A DNA stretch of 64,000 nucleotides. It comes from Stenotrophomonas sp. (GTDB lineage Bacteria > Pseudomonadota > Gammaproteobacteria > Xanthomonadales > Xanthomonadaceae). Made by a program: the position numbers and the translations under genes. The notes below the pieces were generated by a model. The model was not told the origin of the DNA. It saw only the letters and a list, made by a program, of their open reading frames with translations, and ran no database searches. Every line of letters begins with the position of its first letter. The first letter of the stretch is position 1. Below, in pieces: positions 19,101-26,654 of this stretch. The stretch covers positions 214,300 to 278,299 of the forward strand of contig NZ_DAMBKV010000003.1 of the NCBI RefSeq assembly GCF_032066555.1. The letters are read 5' to 3'.

Positions 19101-19917
19101 TGTAGCGCGCCTCGGTGAAGAAGTGCGCATCCGGCGTACGCGTCTGCGGCACGTTCGAGCCCCAGGCGATGATGTAGCGGCTGTTGTACCAGTCGGCCGA
19201 TTCCGGCACGTCGGTCTGCTCGCCCCACACCTGCGGCGAGGCCGGCGGCAGATCGCAATACCAGTCGTAGAAGGAAAGACAGGCACCACCGAGCAGCGAC
19301 AGATAGCGCGCACCGGCCGCATAGGACACCATCGACATCGCCGGGATCGGCGAGAAGCCGACAATGCGATCCGGGCCGTATTCCTTGGTGGTGTAGAGGT
19401 TGGAGGCGGCGATGATCTCGTTGGCCTCGTCCCAGTTCAGCCGCACGAAGCCGCCCATGCCGCGGCGACGCTTGTACTCACGCGACTTGGCCGGGTCCTG
19501 CACGATGCTGGCCCAGGCCTCGACCGGTGACAGGGTCTTGCGGGCCTGCCGCCACATGCGCAGCAGCGTGCCACGGATCAGCGGGTACTTCAGCCGGTTG
19601 GCGCTGTACAGGTACCAGGAGTAGCTGGCACCACGCGGGCAGCCACGCGGTTCGTGATTGGGCAGGTCCGGGCGGGTGCGCGGGTAGTCGGTCTGCTGGG
19701 TTTCCCAGGTGACCAGGCCGTTCTTGACGTAGATCTTCCAGCTGCAGGAGCCCGTGCAGTTCACGCCGTGGGTGGAACGTACGATCTTGTCGTACTGCCA
19801 GCGGGCGCGATAACTGTTTTCCCAGTCCCGTCCTTCGCTCTTGCTGAACCCATGGCCGTCGGCGAAGGGTTGTGGATCCCGCTTGAAGAACTGCAAGCGA
19901 TCAAGGAAATAGCTCAT
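16162..19917 (-). CDS. narG: respiratory nitrate reductase alpha subunit
   Basis: 1251 aa. The N-terminus MSYFLDRLQFF...RSTHGVNCTGSCSWKIYVKNGLVTWETQQTDYP carries the FS0 cluster motif HxxxCxxxC, and the Mo-bisMGD domains run throughout. Confidence 0.97.
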   Translation of the reverse strand: MSYFLDRLQFFKRDPQPFADGHGFSKSEGRDWENSYRARWQYDKIVRSTHGVNCTGSCSWKIYVKNGLVTWETQQTDYPRTRPDLPNHEPRGCPRGASYSWYLYSANRLKYPLIRGTLLRMWRQARKTLSPVEAWASIVQDPAKSREYKRRRGMGGFVRLNWDEANEIIAASNLYTTKEYGPDRIVGFSPIPAMSMVSYAAGARYLSLLGGACLSFYDWYCDLPPASPQVWGEQTDVPESADWYNSRYIIAWGSNVPQTRTPDAHFFTEARYNGTKTVAICPDYSELAKLTDHWLHPKQGTDAALAFAFGHVILREFHVDTPSQYFQDYCRQYSDMPMLVRIERRADGRLVPGHFLRASELGGLGESNNPEWKTLAFDENSGDITVPNGSVGFRWGEKGKWNIEEKASDGHDTRLRLSLADIHDGIEAVSFPYFGGIESDGWTAAPAEDVLERNIPLRRLQLADGGEALVATVYDLLLAQYGVDRGFGGGNVAKSFDDNVPGTPAWQERITGVSRAEVIEIAREFARTADKTHGRSMIIVGAGMNHWFHNDMNYRGLINMLVMCGCVGQTGGGWAHYVGQEKLRPQTGWQPLAFGLDWSRPPRQMNGTSFFYFNTGQWRYEKLQVEELLSPLADASKYSGSLADLNLRAVRMGWLPSAPQLDRNPLQLVREAEQAGIAPADYALSKFKDGSLDFAFADPDAAQNHPRMMFIWRSNLLGSSGKGHEYMLRHLLGTRHGLQGKDLGEMGALKPEGVKWRDEAPEGKLDLLVTLDFRMCTTALYSDIVLPTATWYEKDDLNTSDMHPFIHPLSKAVDPAWESRSDWEIFKGVARTLSDMAPGVLGVEKDLVLVPTLHDTPNELGMPFGVADWKKGQCEAIPGKTMPSMAVVERDYPNLYRKFTSLGPLLDKLGNGGKGMSWDTRHEVEFLGKLNHTVLDEGISQGRPAIDTAIDACEVILHLAPETNGHVAVKAWESLGTFTGREHTHLAVGKEHEAIRFRDIQAQPRKIISSPIWSGLEDDNVSYNAGYTNVHELIPWRTVTGRQQFYQDHEWMIDFGEAFMSYRPPVNTRTVEPLLNKRQNGNKEIVLNWITPHQKWGIHSTYSDNLIMQTLSRGGPIVWLSEDDARNAGIEDNDWIELFNVNGAIAARAVVSQRVMPGMAMMYHAQERIINVPGSEISGTRGGIHNSVTRIVLKPTHMIGGYAQLAWGFNYYGTCGTNRDEFVIVRKMDKIDWLDGEDANSSATGAAREVV

Positions 19918-19986
19918 GGTGAATCTCCGTTCGCAAACTGCTGCATCGTGGCTGTGTGTTGCATCTGGCTGCGGTGCATTGCTTTC

Positions 19987-21405
19987 TCAGCAGGGGGTTT
20001 CAGCCCCGCGCCGGTAGTACCACCACCAGGTAACCGCCAGGCAGGTGATGTAGAACGCAATGAAGCCGTACAGCGCCATATCCGGGCTGCCAGTCAAGGT
20101 GATGGAAGAGCCATAACTCTTGGGGATGAAGAAGCCGCCGTAGGCACCGATGGCACCTGAGAAGCCGACGACCGCGGCCGACTCGATGCTGGCCTGGTGC
20201 GCGGCGGCCTTCTTGCCTTCGGCGCCTTCATTGGCCGACAGGCGCTCGTGCAGCGTGCGGAAGATCACCGGAATCATCCGGAAGGTGGTGCCGTTGCCGA
20301 TACCGCTGAGCACGAACAAGGCCATGAACGACAACAGGAAGCCGTAGAAGTTGCCACCCTGTCCATCATTCGGCAGGAAGTGCAGCACGCCGAATACGGC
20401 GGCAATCATCAGCGCGAACACCCAGAAGGTCAGGCGTGCTCCACCCCAGCGGTCAGCCATGCTGCCGCCCACCGAGCGCATCAGCGCGCCCAGCAGCGGG
20501 CCAATGAAGGCATAGGCCAGTGGATTCACGTCCGGGAACTGACTCTTGACCAGCATCGGGAAACCAGCAGAAAAGCCGATATAGGAACCGAAGGTGCCGA
20601 TGTACAACCAGCACATCAGCCAGTTGTGCTTGCGGCGGAAGATCACCGCCTGCTCGGAGAACGACGAGCGCGCACTGGTCAGGTCATTCATGCCGAACCA
20701 GGCGGCCAGCGCGAAGAAGGCGATGAACGGCACCCAGATGAAGCCGGCGTTCTGCACGAACAAAGGCGCTCCGCCGTCGACTACTGCCTGAGGGGCACCG
20801 CCCATCGCACCAAACACACCAACGCTGATCACCAGCGGTACCACTGCCTGCGAGACCGATACGCCGACATTGCCCAGGCCTGCATTCAAACCCAGCGCCA
20901 TGCCCTGGCGCTGCTTGGGATAGAAGAAGGAGATGTTGGACATCGACGACGAAAAATTCGCGCCGCCGAAACCACACAGGATGGCGATCAACACGAACAC
21001 CCAGTACGGCGTGGCCGGGTTCTGCACCGCGAAGCCCAGCCACAAGGTCGGCAGCAGCAGTGATGCGGTCGACAACGCGGTCCAGCGGCGGCCACCGAAG
21101 ATCGGGATGACGAAGGAGTAGAAAATGCGCAGCGTGGCGCCGGACAGACTGGGCAGGGCCACCAGCCAGAACAGCTGGTCAGTGGTGAAGGCGAAACCGA
21201 TCTTGGGCAGGCTGATGGTGACCGCCGAGAACAGTACCCACACCGAGAACGCCAGCAACAGCGCCGGAATCGATATCACCAGGTTGCGGGTGGCGACCTT
21301 CTTGCCGGTGCGTTCCCAATAATCGGGATCCTCGGGCTTCCAATCGCTGATGACGCGACCGGGACCGGCACTGCTCTGCTTTACGACATCGCGACTGGCA
21401 CTCAT
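19987..21405 (-). CDS. narK: NarK-family nitrate/nitrite antiporter (NarK2-like)
   Basis: ORF 19987..21477, with the start moved to MSASRDV (21405), which has GGAG 6 nt upstream. It is a 12-TM MFS protein sitting immediately upstream of narG. Confidence 0.85.
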   Translation of the reverse strand: MSASRDVVKQSSAGPGRVISDWKPEDPDYWERTGKKVATRNLVISIPALLLAFSVWVLFSAVTISLPKIGFAFTTDQLFWLVALPSLSGATLRIFYSFVIPIFGGRRWTALSTASLLLPTLWLGFAVQNPATPYWVFVLIAILCGFGGANFSSSMSNISFFYPKQRQGMALGLNAGLGNVGVSVSQAVVPLVISVGVFGAMGGAPQAVVDGGAPLFVQNAGFIWVPFIAFFALAAWFGMNDLTSARSSFSEQAVIFRRKHNWLMCWLYIGTFGSYIGFSAGFPMLVKSQFPDVNPLAYAFIGPLLGALMRSVGGSMADRWGGARLTFWVFALMIAAVFGVLHFLPNDGQGGNFYGFLLSFMALFVLSGIGNGTTFRMIPVIFRTLHERLSANEGAEGKKAAAHQASIESAAVVGFSGAIGAYGGFFIPKSYGSSITLTGSPDMALYGFIAFYITCLAVTWWWYYRRGAETPC

Positions 21406-21503
21406 GCATCGCTCCAAGGCTGTTTTATACGGCGCTGGCTTGCTGTGCGGTTGCTTGCCCAGTCGCCACGGCGTCATTAAGCCCGGCGCCCCCTGGGGCA
21501 GTC

Positions 21504-21517
21504 TTGATCTTGATCAA
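21504..21517. promoter_or_regulatory. perfect FNR/Anr box upstream of narK2-narGHJI
   Basis: TTGAT-CTTG-ATCAA is an exact match to the TTGAT-N4-ATCAA consensus. It is centred about 105 nt upstream of the narK2 ATG. Confidence 0.7.
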
Positions 21518-21543
21518 TCCAATGGCGCTCTCGTGCCACCTAC

Positions 21544-21557
21544 CTGACAAATATCAA
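21544..21557. promoter_or_regulatory. second, degenerate FNR-like box
   Basis: CTGAC-AAAT-ATCAA has one perfect half-site and one 3/5 half-site. It lies 40 nt from the perfect box and overlaps the stop codon of the mobA-coupled ORF. Confidence 0.3.
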
Positions 21558-21925
21558 CCGATGCTTACGGCGTCGGCGTGATTACGACGTTGAACGCCAC
21601 GTTGACGCACGCTGTCACGTACATCCACATCGAACTGAAGCTGCAGCGGCAGTGCCTGCGTCGGCAGCGCGAAGCTCAGGCCGTCACGGCAAGGCAAACG
21701 TGCCTGCAGCGCCAGCACGTCTTCGCGCGGCAGCTTGATCACCAACGTGGTTGCATCACCATCCAGCAGCGCCTCCGCCGTGTCGTGCAGCTGCAGGCGC
21801 TGCGACACGGCTCCGGGCGTGCCCAGCCAGGTCTGGTTCTCCAGTACCTCGCCAGCGAGCAGGCGTGCCAGCTCGCTTTCATCAATGCGCAGCCGTAGCG
21901 ACTGCGACTGGATCTGGACTTTCAT
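21554..21925 (-). CDS. hypothetical protein, translationally coupled to mobA
   Basis: ORF 21554..21961. The internal start MKVQIQSQSLRL at 21925 forms an ATGA overlap with the mobA stop. There is no TM or signal peptide, and I do not recognise the family. Confidence 0.55.
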   Translation of the reverse strand: MKVQIQSQSLRLRIDESELARLLAGEVLENQTWLGTPGAVSQRLQLHDTAEALLDGDATTLVIKLPREDVLALQARLPCRDGLSFALPTQALPLQLQFDVDVRDSVRQRGVQRRNHADAVSIG

Positions 21926-22551
21926 GACGCAACTTCCTCCCATTGGCGGGGGGTATTGCAATTCACAAGGCGGGCACCGGCACCGGCTGGCAGCGGCAGC
22001 TCCAGGCCGCCGAGACGGCGTTGGAACATGCGTAGCGAGCGTGGCCCGTCTGTACCCGTGACCATTTCAAACAGCAGACTGCGGCAAGCGCCGTCGATGT
22101 TCAAGTACATTGGCACCGGTTCGCCTGAATACGTCACACAAGGCGCTGTTCCATCACACAGCTGTCGCAGCAGTGACACATCCAGCAAGGGCATATCCAC
22201 CGGCACTACCCATGCCGGTCCGTCGGCTAGCGTCTCCACTACGCTGTAGAGGCCGCCCAGCGGGCCGCAGCGCGGCACCGCATCGGGGACCGAATCGAAG
22301 CCCGGATAGTCACCACTCACCTTCACGGGCTGGGCACCAAGCGCACTGAGCAGCGCACAACTGTGTTCAAGCAAGGTCCGTCCACGCCACCGCAGCAGCG
22401 CCTTGTCCTGGCCCATGCGACTGGAAAGCCCGCCGGCCAGCACGATGCCGGCGACCGGCGCTGGTTCAATGCGAGTGGTCGTGGACATGCCCATCGATAT
22501 GCGCGTGCTCGGTATCGGGCTGGCACAGGCTGCAGCCTTCGCTCCATTCAC
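21922..22551 (-). CDS. mobA: molybdenum cofactor guanylyltransferase
   Basis: VAGIVLAGGLSSRMGQDKALLRWRGRTLLEH...GPLGGLYSVVE (MobA LAGGxxxRMG motif). The start is uncertain: GTG 22551 or ATG 22494/22488. Either way it overlaps the 3' end of moaE. Confidence 0.85.
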   Translation of the reverse strand: MNGAKAAACASPIPSTRISMGMSTTTRIEPAPVAGIVLAGGLSSRMGQDKALLRWRGRTLLEHSCALLSALGAQPVKVSGDYPGFDSVPDAVPRCGPLGGLYSVVETLADGPAWVVPVDMPLLDVSLLRQLCDGTAPCVTYSGEPVPMYLNIDGACRSLLFEMVTGTDGPRSLRMFQRRLGGLELPLPAGAGARLVNCNTPRQWEEVAS

Positions 22552-22978
22552 TGTCGCCGTCCTGGTAATGCTCCTGCTTCCAGATCGGCGAACGGTGCTT
22601 CACCCCTTCGATCAACTGCCGGCAGGCGCGGAACGCTTCGTCACGGTGCGGGCTGCCGGCGGCGACGACCACGGCGACATCGCCGACTGCCAGCCGGCCC
22701 TTGGCATGGGCCACATAGAGTTTTATGCGCGGGCCGAAATCGGCAGTGATCTCGGCGATCTGTCGCTGAAACTCGTTCAACACCAGCGGTTCGAACAGGT
22801 CATAGGTGATGCCCAGCACTGGCCGGCCCTGGTTCAGATCGCGCACCTTGCCGATGAAGACATCGATGCCCCCGAAGCCCGGATCGGACACGGCGGCGAT
22901 GCCTTCGGCCGGATCAATCACCGCATCGGCACGGTCCACCACTTTCCATACACTCTCGAAGCTCATTTCAGCCTCCAC
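22466..22978 (-). CDS. moaE: molybdopterin synthase catalytic subunit with Cys/His-rich C-terminal tail
   Basis: GIDVFIGKVRDLNQGRPVLGITYDLFEPL...VAVVVAAGSPHRDEAFRACRQLIEGVKHRSPIWKQE (MoaE pattern). The tail is CSLCQPDTEHAHIDGHVHDHSH. An alternative start is MSFES at 22966. Confidence 0.85.
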   Translation of the reverse strand: MEAEMSFESVWKVVDRADAVIDPAEGIAAVSDPGFGGIDVFIGKVRDLNQGRPVLGITYDLFEPLVLNEFQRQIAEITADFGPRIKLYVAHAKGRLAVGDVAVVVAAGSPHRDEAFRACRQLIEGVKHRSPIWKQEHYQDGDSEWSEGCSLCQPDTEHAHIDGHVHDHSH

Positions 22979-23228
22979 TCACTGGCGGCAGGATGGCAAC
23001 GCGCCCGTCGCCGGGCAGCACATCGTTGTCGCGCAGAACGCGTTGTTCATCGGCAAATGCCGAGTAATCGACCAGGCCGGCACGGAACTGCGGGTAGCGC
23101 TGCTGCAGCAGCGCGCGCAGCGCCCTGCGCAGGTCGATGACTTGCCCGCCTTCAACCGGCACGCTGATCTCACGCTGCGGGTCCAGTTCCGAAAATGCAC
23201 CAAACAGCTGCACGACTATCTCTTTCAT
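22968..23228 (-). CDS. moaD: molybdopterin synthase sulfur-carrier subunit
   Basis: 86 aa, ubiquitin-like size, ending ...AILPPVSGG (C-terminal Gly-Gly). ATGA overlap with moeA. Confidence 0.85.
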   Translation of the reverse strand: MKEIVVQLFGAFSELDPQREISVPVEGGQVIDLRRALRALLQQRYPQFRAGLVDYSAFADEQRVLRDNDVLPGDGRVAILPPVSGG

Positions 23229-24487
23229 GACATCTCCAACGGGCTGAGCTGCACCGGCTCGCGGTGGCCCCAGCCCTGTACGCGTACCAGACTGCCAGCC
23301 GTGGCCAGATCACCCTCGCCTTCCAGCACCACCCACGCATTGGCGCGCAGCATGGTCTTGAGGCGGAATGACTCCTGCCCGGCCAGCACACTCACTCGCA
23401 ACTGCCCGCTGGCATCGGCCTGCACGCGTGCGCGCGCATGGAAACGCAGGCCCGGTGGCTTGCGCACGTCGGCCTGCAGCGGCAACTGCAATACCTTCTC
23501 TTCTGCGAGGCCAAGCATTTTTCGCAGCACCGGCTCGACGAAGAAGCGCAGGCCTACCGCAGCGGAGATCGGGTTGCCCGGCAGGCCAAAATACAGCGTG
23601 CCATCAGCCAGCCGCGCGAACAGCAGCGGCTTGCCCGGGCGAATGGCGACTTTATGGAAGATGATCTCGGCGCCACGCGCGCGCAGCGCATCGGGAATGA
23701 AATCGTAGCGCCCCTGCGATACCGCGCCGGTGCTCAGCACCACCTGCGCACCGGCGCCCAAGGCCGCGTCCAGCGCGGCGTCAAAGGCTGCCACGTCATC
23801 GCTGACCACGCCATTCCAGACCACATCAGCACCCGCAGCACGCAGGCGGCTGACCAGGAACGGGCGATTGCTGTCGCGGATCTGCCCGGATTGCAGTTCC
23901 GCAGTCGCATCGCTGACCAGTTCCTTGCCGGTGCTGATCACCGCAACCTGCGGTTGCTGCTGCACCTGCACGCTGGCAACGCCGAGTGCATGCAGCAAGG
24001 TCATCGCATTGACGTCCAGCAGCGCTCCCGCAGCCAGCACGGTTTCACCCTGTTCCACATCCTGGCCACGCAGTCGCACGTGCTGCCCGGGCTTCACTGT
24101 TGCCTGCAGACGCACCCGGGTGGGACGGCCTTCAACGGCCTCCAACACTTCCACCTGTTCAACCGGAACCACGCTGTCCAGGCCCGACGGCATGCGCGCG
24201 CCGGTCATGATCTCCCAGGCCTGCGCGGAATCGCCGTCTGCAGCGGCGGTATCGCCTGCGGCCTGCCAACCCTGCACCTGCAGCACACTGCCCGCCACCA
24301 CCGGTTGCCCGTTCGCGCACAGCGCGAAGCCATCCATCGCGGCGTTGTCGAACGGCGGCAGGTCCTGCGCGCTGTTTACCGGTGCAGCCAGTATCCGGTC
24401 GGCGGCAGCAACGATCGCGACCTGTTCACTACGCGCTGCCGGTGCGGCTGCCAGCAACTGCTGCAGCGCCTGCGCATAACTGATCAT
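23225..24487 (-). CDS. moeA: molybdopterin molybdotransferase
   Basis: The start MISYAQALQQLL (24487) forms an ATGA overlap with the upstream gene. MoeA motifs are present: PPFDNAAMDGFA, VISTGKELV and LSTGAVSQGRYDFI. Confidence 0.85.
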   Translation of the reverse strand: MISYAQALQQLLAAAPAARSEQVAIVAAADRILAAPVNSAQDLPPFDNAAMDGFALCANGQPVVAGSVLQVQGWQAAGDTAAADGDSAQAWEIMTGARMPSGLDSVVPVEQVEVLEAVEGRPTRVRLQATVKPGQHVRLRGQDVEQGETVLAAGALLDVNAMTLLHALGVASVQVQQQPQVAVISTGKELVSDATAELQSGQIRDSNRPFLVSRLRAAGADVVWNGVVSDDVAAFDAALDAALGAGAQVVLSTGAVSQGRYDFIPDALRARGAEIIFHKVAIRPGKPLLFARLADGTLYFGLPGNPISAAVGLRFFVEPVLRKMLGLAEEKVLQLPLQADVRKPPGLRFHARARVQADASGQLRVSVLAGQESFRLKTMLRANAWVVLEGEGDLATAGSLVRVQGWGHREPVQLSPLEMS

Positions 24488-25494
24488 GCGTGCGAGCCCC
24501 CATCCATCATCGCCAAGGCATGGCCGAGCACGGGGGTGAGGATGTTCATGCACTGTGCGGCGGCACGCGGACTGCCCGGCAGGGCGATGACCAGCAGATA
24601 GTCCAGTTGCACGACTTCGGCGCGGCTCAGCCAGGCCATCGGCGTGTGCTGGGCACTGAGTCCGCGCAGCATCTGTGCCAGTCCGGGCACCGGGCGCCCG
24701 CCCAAAGCCTGCAAGGCCTCGGGCGTCAGATCACGCGGGCCCAGGCCGGTACCGCCAGTGCACAGGCAAAGACGCACACCATCGGCAGCCAGCGCGCGCA
24801 GACGCGCGACCAGCGGTTCGATGCCGTCCGCCAATACTTCATTGCTGACCACGTCACCGCCCAGCGCTTGCAAACCCTGGACCAATACCGGCCCGGATTC
24901 GTCGACGTAATCGCCACGGCTTGCGCGGTCGCTGAGGGTGATCACCGCACAGCGCGCGGCCCCCAGAGTCTTGGGCGGGCGTGGCCGGAAACGTTCGAGC
25001 TCGCCGGCATCCATGCCCTGCGGGTGTGTCCACACGCCGCTCTTGCCGCCTTCCTTGAACAACAGGCGGATCCCACTGATCTCCAGCGCAGGCTCGACCG
25101 GCTTGCTCAGGTCATACAAGGTCAGCAGCGCCGCGTTGACGCCGGCCAGCGCTTCCATTTCCACGCCGGTGCGCGCTTCGCTGGCACACTCGCACCAGAC
25201 CCGGATCGCCTGGCGTTCTGGCACCGGCGCGCAGTACACCCGCACCAGCTCCAACGGCAGCGGATGGCACATCGGCATCAATGCCGAGGCCATCTTGGCG
25301 CCCTGCAGGCCGGCGATCTCGGCCATCACCAGCGCATCGCCCTTGGGCAGGCGACGCTCGACGATCAACGGGTAGGCAACAGGCCCTGCAATCAGCTCAC
25401 CTACCGCCACCGCGCGGCGACGGGTGATGCGTTTGTCGCGTACATCGGCCATGTGGAATGCCGCACTAATCTGCCCACTCATTGCGTGTTTCAT
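24484..25494 (-). CDS. moaC: bifunctional MoaC (cyclic pyranopterin monophosphate synthase) / MoaB-Mog-like fusion protein
   Basis: The N-terminal half is MoaC-like: HMADVRDKRITRRRAVAVG...KGDALVMAEIAGLQGAKMASALMPMCHPL...TGVEMEALAGVNAALLTLYD. The C-terminal half is MoaB/MogA-like: CAVITLSDRASRGDYVDESGP...CLCTGGTGLGPRDLTPEA. The start at 25494 forms an ATGA overlap with the moaA stop. Confidence 0.8.
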   Translation of the reverse strand: MKHAMSGQISAAFHMADVRDKRITRRRAVAVGELIAGPVAYPLIVERRLPKGDALVMAEIAGLQGAKMASALMPMCHPLPLELVRVYCAPVPERQAIRVWCECASEARTGVEMEALAGVNAALLTLYDLSKPVEPALEISGIRLLFKEGGKSGVWTHPQGMDAGELERFRPRPPKTLGAARCAVITLSDRASRGDYVDESGPVLVQGLQALGGDVVSNEVLADGIEPLVARLRALAADGVRLCLCTGGTGLGPRDLTPEALQALGGRPVPGLAQMLRGLSAQHTPMAWLSRAEVVQLDYLLVIALPGSPRAAAQCMNILTPVLGHALAMMDGGSHA

Positions 25495-26471
25495 CCTCCA
25501 ATCGAGGCCAGGTGCGGGGTAAGCCCGGTCTGGCCGAAATGCAGTCCATGCCCGGCTGCCTTGAGCCCAAGCTGGGTGGTGATGCGCGCCAGCAGCGCGT
25601 CCTGGTCGTCGTCGGACTGCAACAGCGGGCGCAGCGCCACGCCGAAGTCTCCGAACAGGCACAGCCGCAGATCACCACGCGCGGTGATCCGCAGGCGGTT
25701 GCAGCCTTTGCAGAAATCCTTTGAATACGGCGCGATGATGCCGATGCTGCCGCGATAGTCAGGGTGGGTGAACTCGCGCGCCGGGCCGGCATCGGCACCG
25801 CGTTTGCGCTCACTCCAACCGGCCATCAACAGTTGCTCGATGACCACGTCGGCGCGCAGATGATGGCGCTCGAAATACTCGCGGTTGTCACCGGTGCGCA
25901 TCAACTCGATGAAGCGCACGCTGATCGGCCGGTCGCGCAGGAATTCCATCCATGCCGGCAGCTCGTCATCGTTCAGCCCGCGCAGCAGCACTGCGTTGAG
26001 CTTGATCGACTGCAGGCCCAGTTCCTGCGCCAGGGCGATGCCCTCCATGATTTCAGGCAGGCGGTCGTGGCCAGTGATGGCGTGGAAGCGTTCACGCTGC
26101 AGGCTGTCCATGCTCACGTTCAGCGCGGTCAGGCCGGCGCGATGCCAGCCGGGCAGGTGCCGCGGCAGCAGGCAGCCATTGGTGGTGATGGCGACCTTGC
26201 GGATGCCCGGCACCTTCGCAACCGTGGCGATGATCTGGGTCAGGTCCTTGCGCAGGCTTGGCTCGCCGCCGGTCAGGCGGATCTTGTGCATGCCCAACGC
26301 GGCAAACGCACGCACCAGCCGCTCGATCTCATCCACCGCCAGGAACTGCGGCCGGCCATCGGCCTGGTAACCGTCGGGCAGGCAATAGCTGCAACGGAAG
26401 TTGCAGGCTTCGGTCAGCGACAGGCGCAGATAGGGAAAGCTGCGACCGAAGCCGTCGGTGAGTTGGCTCAT
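25491..26471 (-). CDS. moaA: GTP 3',8-cyclase (radical SAM)
   Basis: The start MSQLTDGFGRSFPYLRLSLTEACNFRCSYCLP carries the CxxxCxxC radical-SAM motif. GGAGGTG lies upstream of ATG 26471. The C-terminal CKGCNRLRITARGDLRLC is the second cluster. Confidence 0.9.
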   Translation of the reverse strand: MSQLTDGFGRSFPYLRLSLTEACNFRCSYCLPDGYQADGRPQFLAVDEIERLVRAFAALGMHKIRLTGGEPSLRKDLTQIIATVAKVPGIRKVAITTNGCLLPRHLPGWHRAGLTALNVSMDSLQRERFHAITGHDRLPEIMEGIALAQELGLQSIKLNAVLLRGLNDDELPAWMEFLRDRPISVRFIELMRTGDNREYFERHHLRADVVIEQLLMAGWSERKRGADAGPAREFTHPDYRGSIGIIAPYSKDFCKGCNRLRITARGDLRLCLFGDFGVALRPLLQSDDDQDALLARITTQLGLKAAGHGLHFGQTGLTPHLASIGG

Positions 26472-26578
26472 GGCTGTTTCACCTCCTGACTCCACGTTTC
26501 CACGCTCGCCCGGCATGCCGGGATGCCCTCGCCTGTATTGAATGGCTGTCAGCGTACGTGGGCTATTGCGACGATGGC

Positions 26579-26592
26579 ATGACTTAAATCAA
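26579..26592. promoter_or_regulatory. candidate FNR-like box upstream of the moa operon
   Basis: ATGAC-TTAA-ATCAA has one perfect half-site and one 3/5 half-site. It lies about 110-120 nt upstream of the moaA ATG. Confidence 0.3.
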
Positions 26593-26654
26593 TCCGGACT
26601 CCCGCCAGACCTTCGGCAGCTGTGGCAGCATGAGCTCTCAACGGCTTCCTCCTT

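Noticed and set aside
19918-19986. Looked for NarL heptamers (TACYYMT) and extra FNR sites in the narK2-narG gap and near the nar promoter
   Set aside because: Only single imperfect heptamer-like strings (for example TACCTGA at 21541) were seen. This is not enough to annotate NarL/NarP sites without a scoring matrix.
26472-26654. Possible Moco riboswitch in the moaA leader, as in E. coli moaABCDE
   Set aside because: Reading the minus-strand leader, I could not find the conserved Moco-motif core as I remember it (a CCUCCGAG-like segment with paired flanks). Only a generic CCCGGCAUGCCGGG hairpin and the SD are present. A cmsearch with the Rfam Moco model would be decisive. A significant hit would overturn this rejection.
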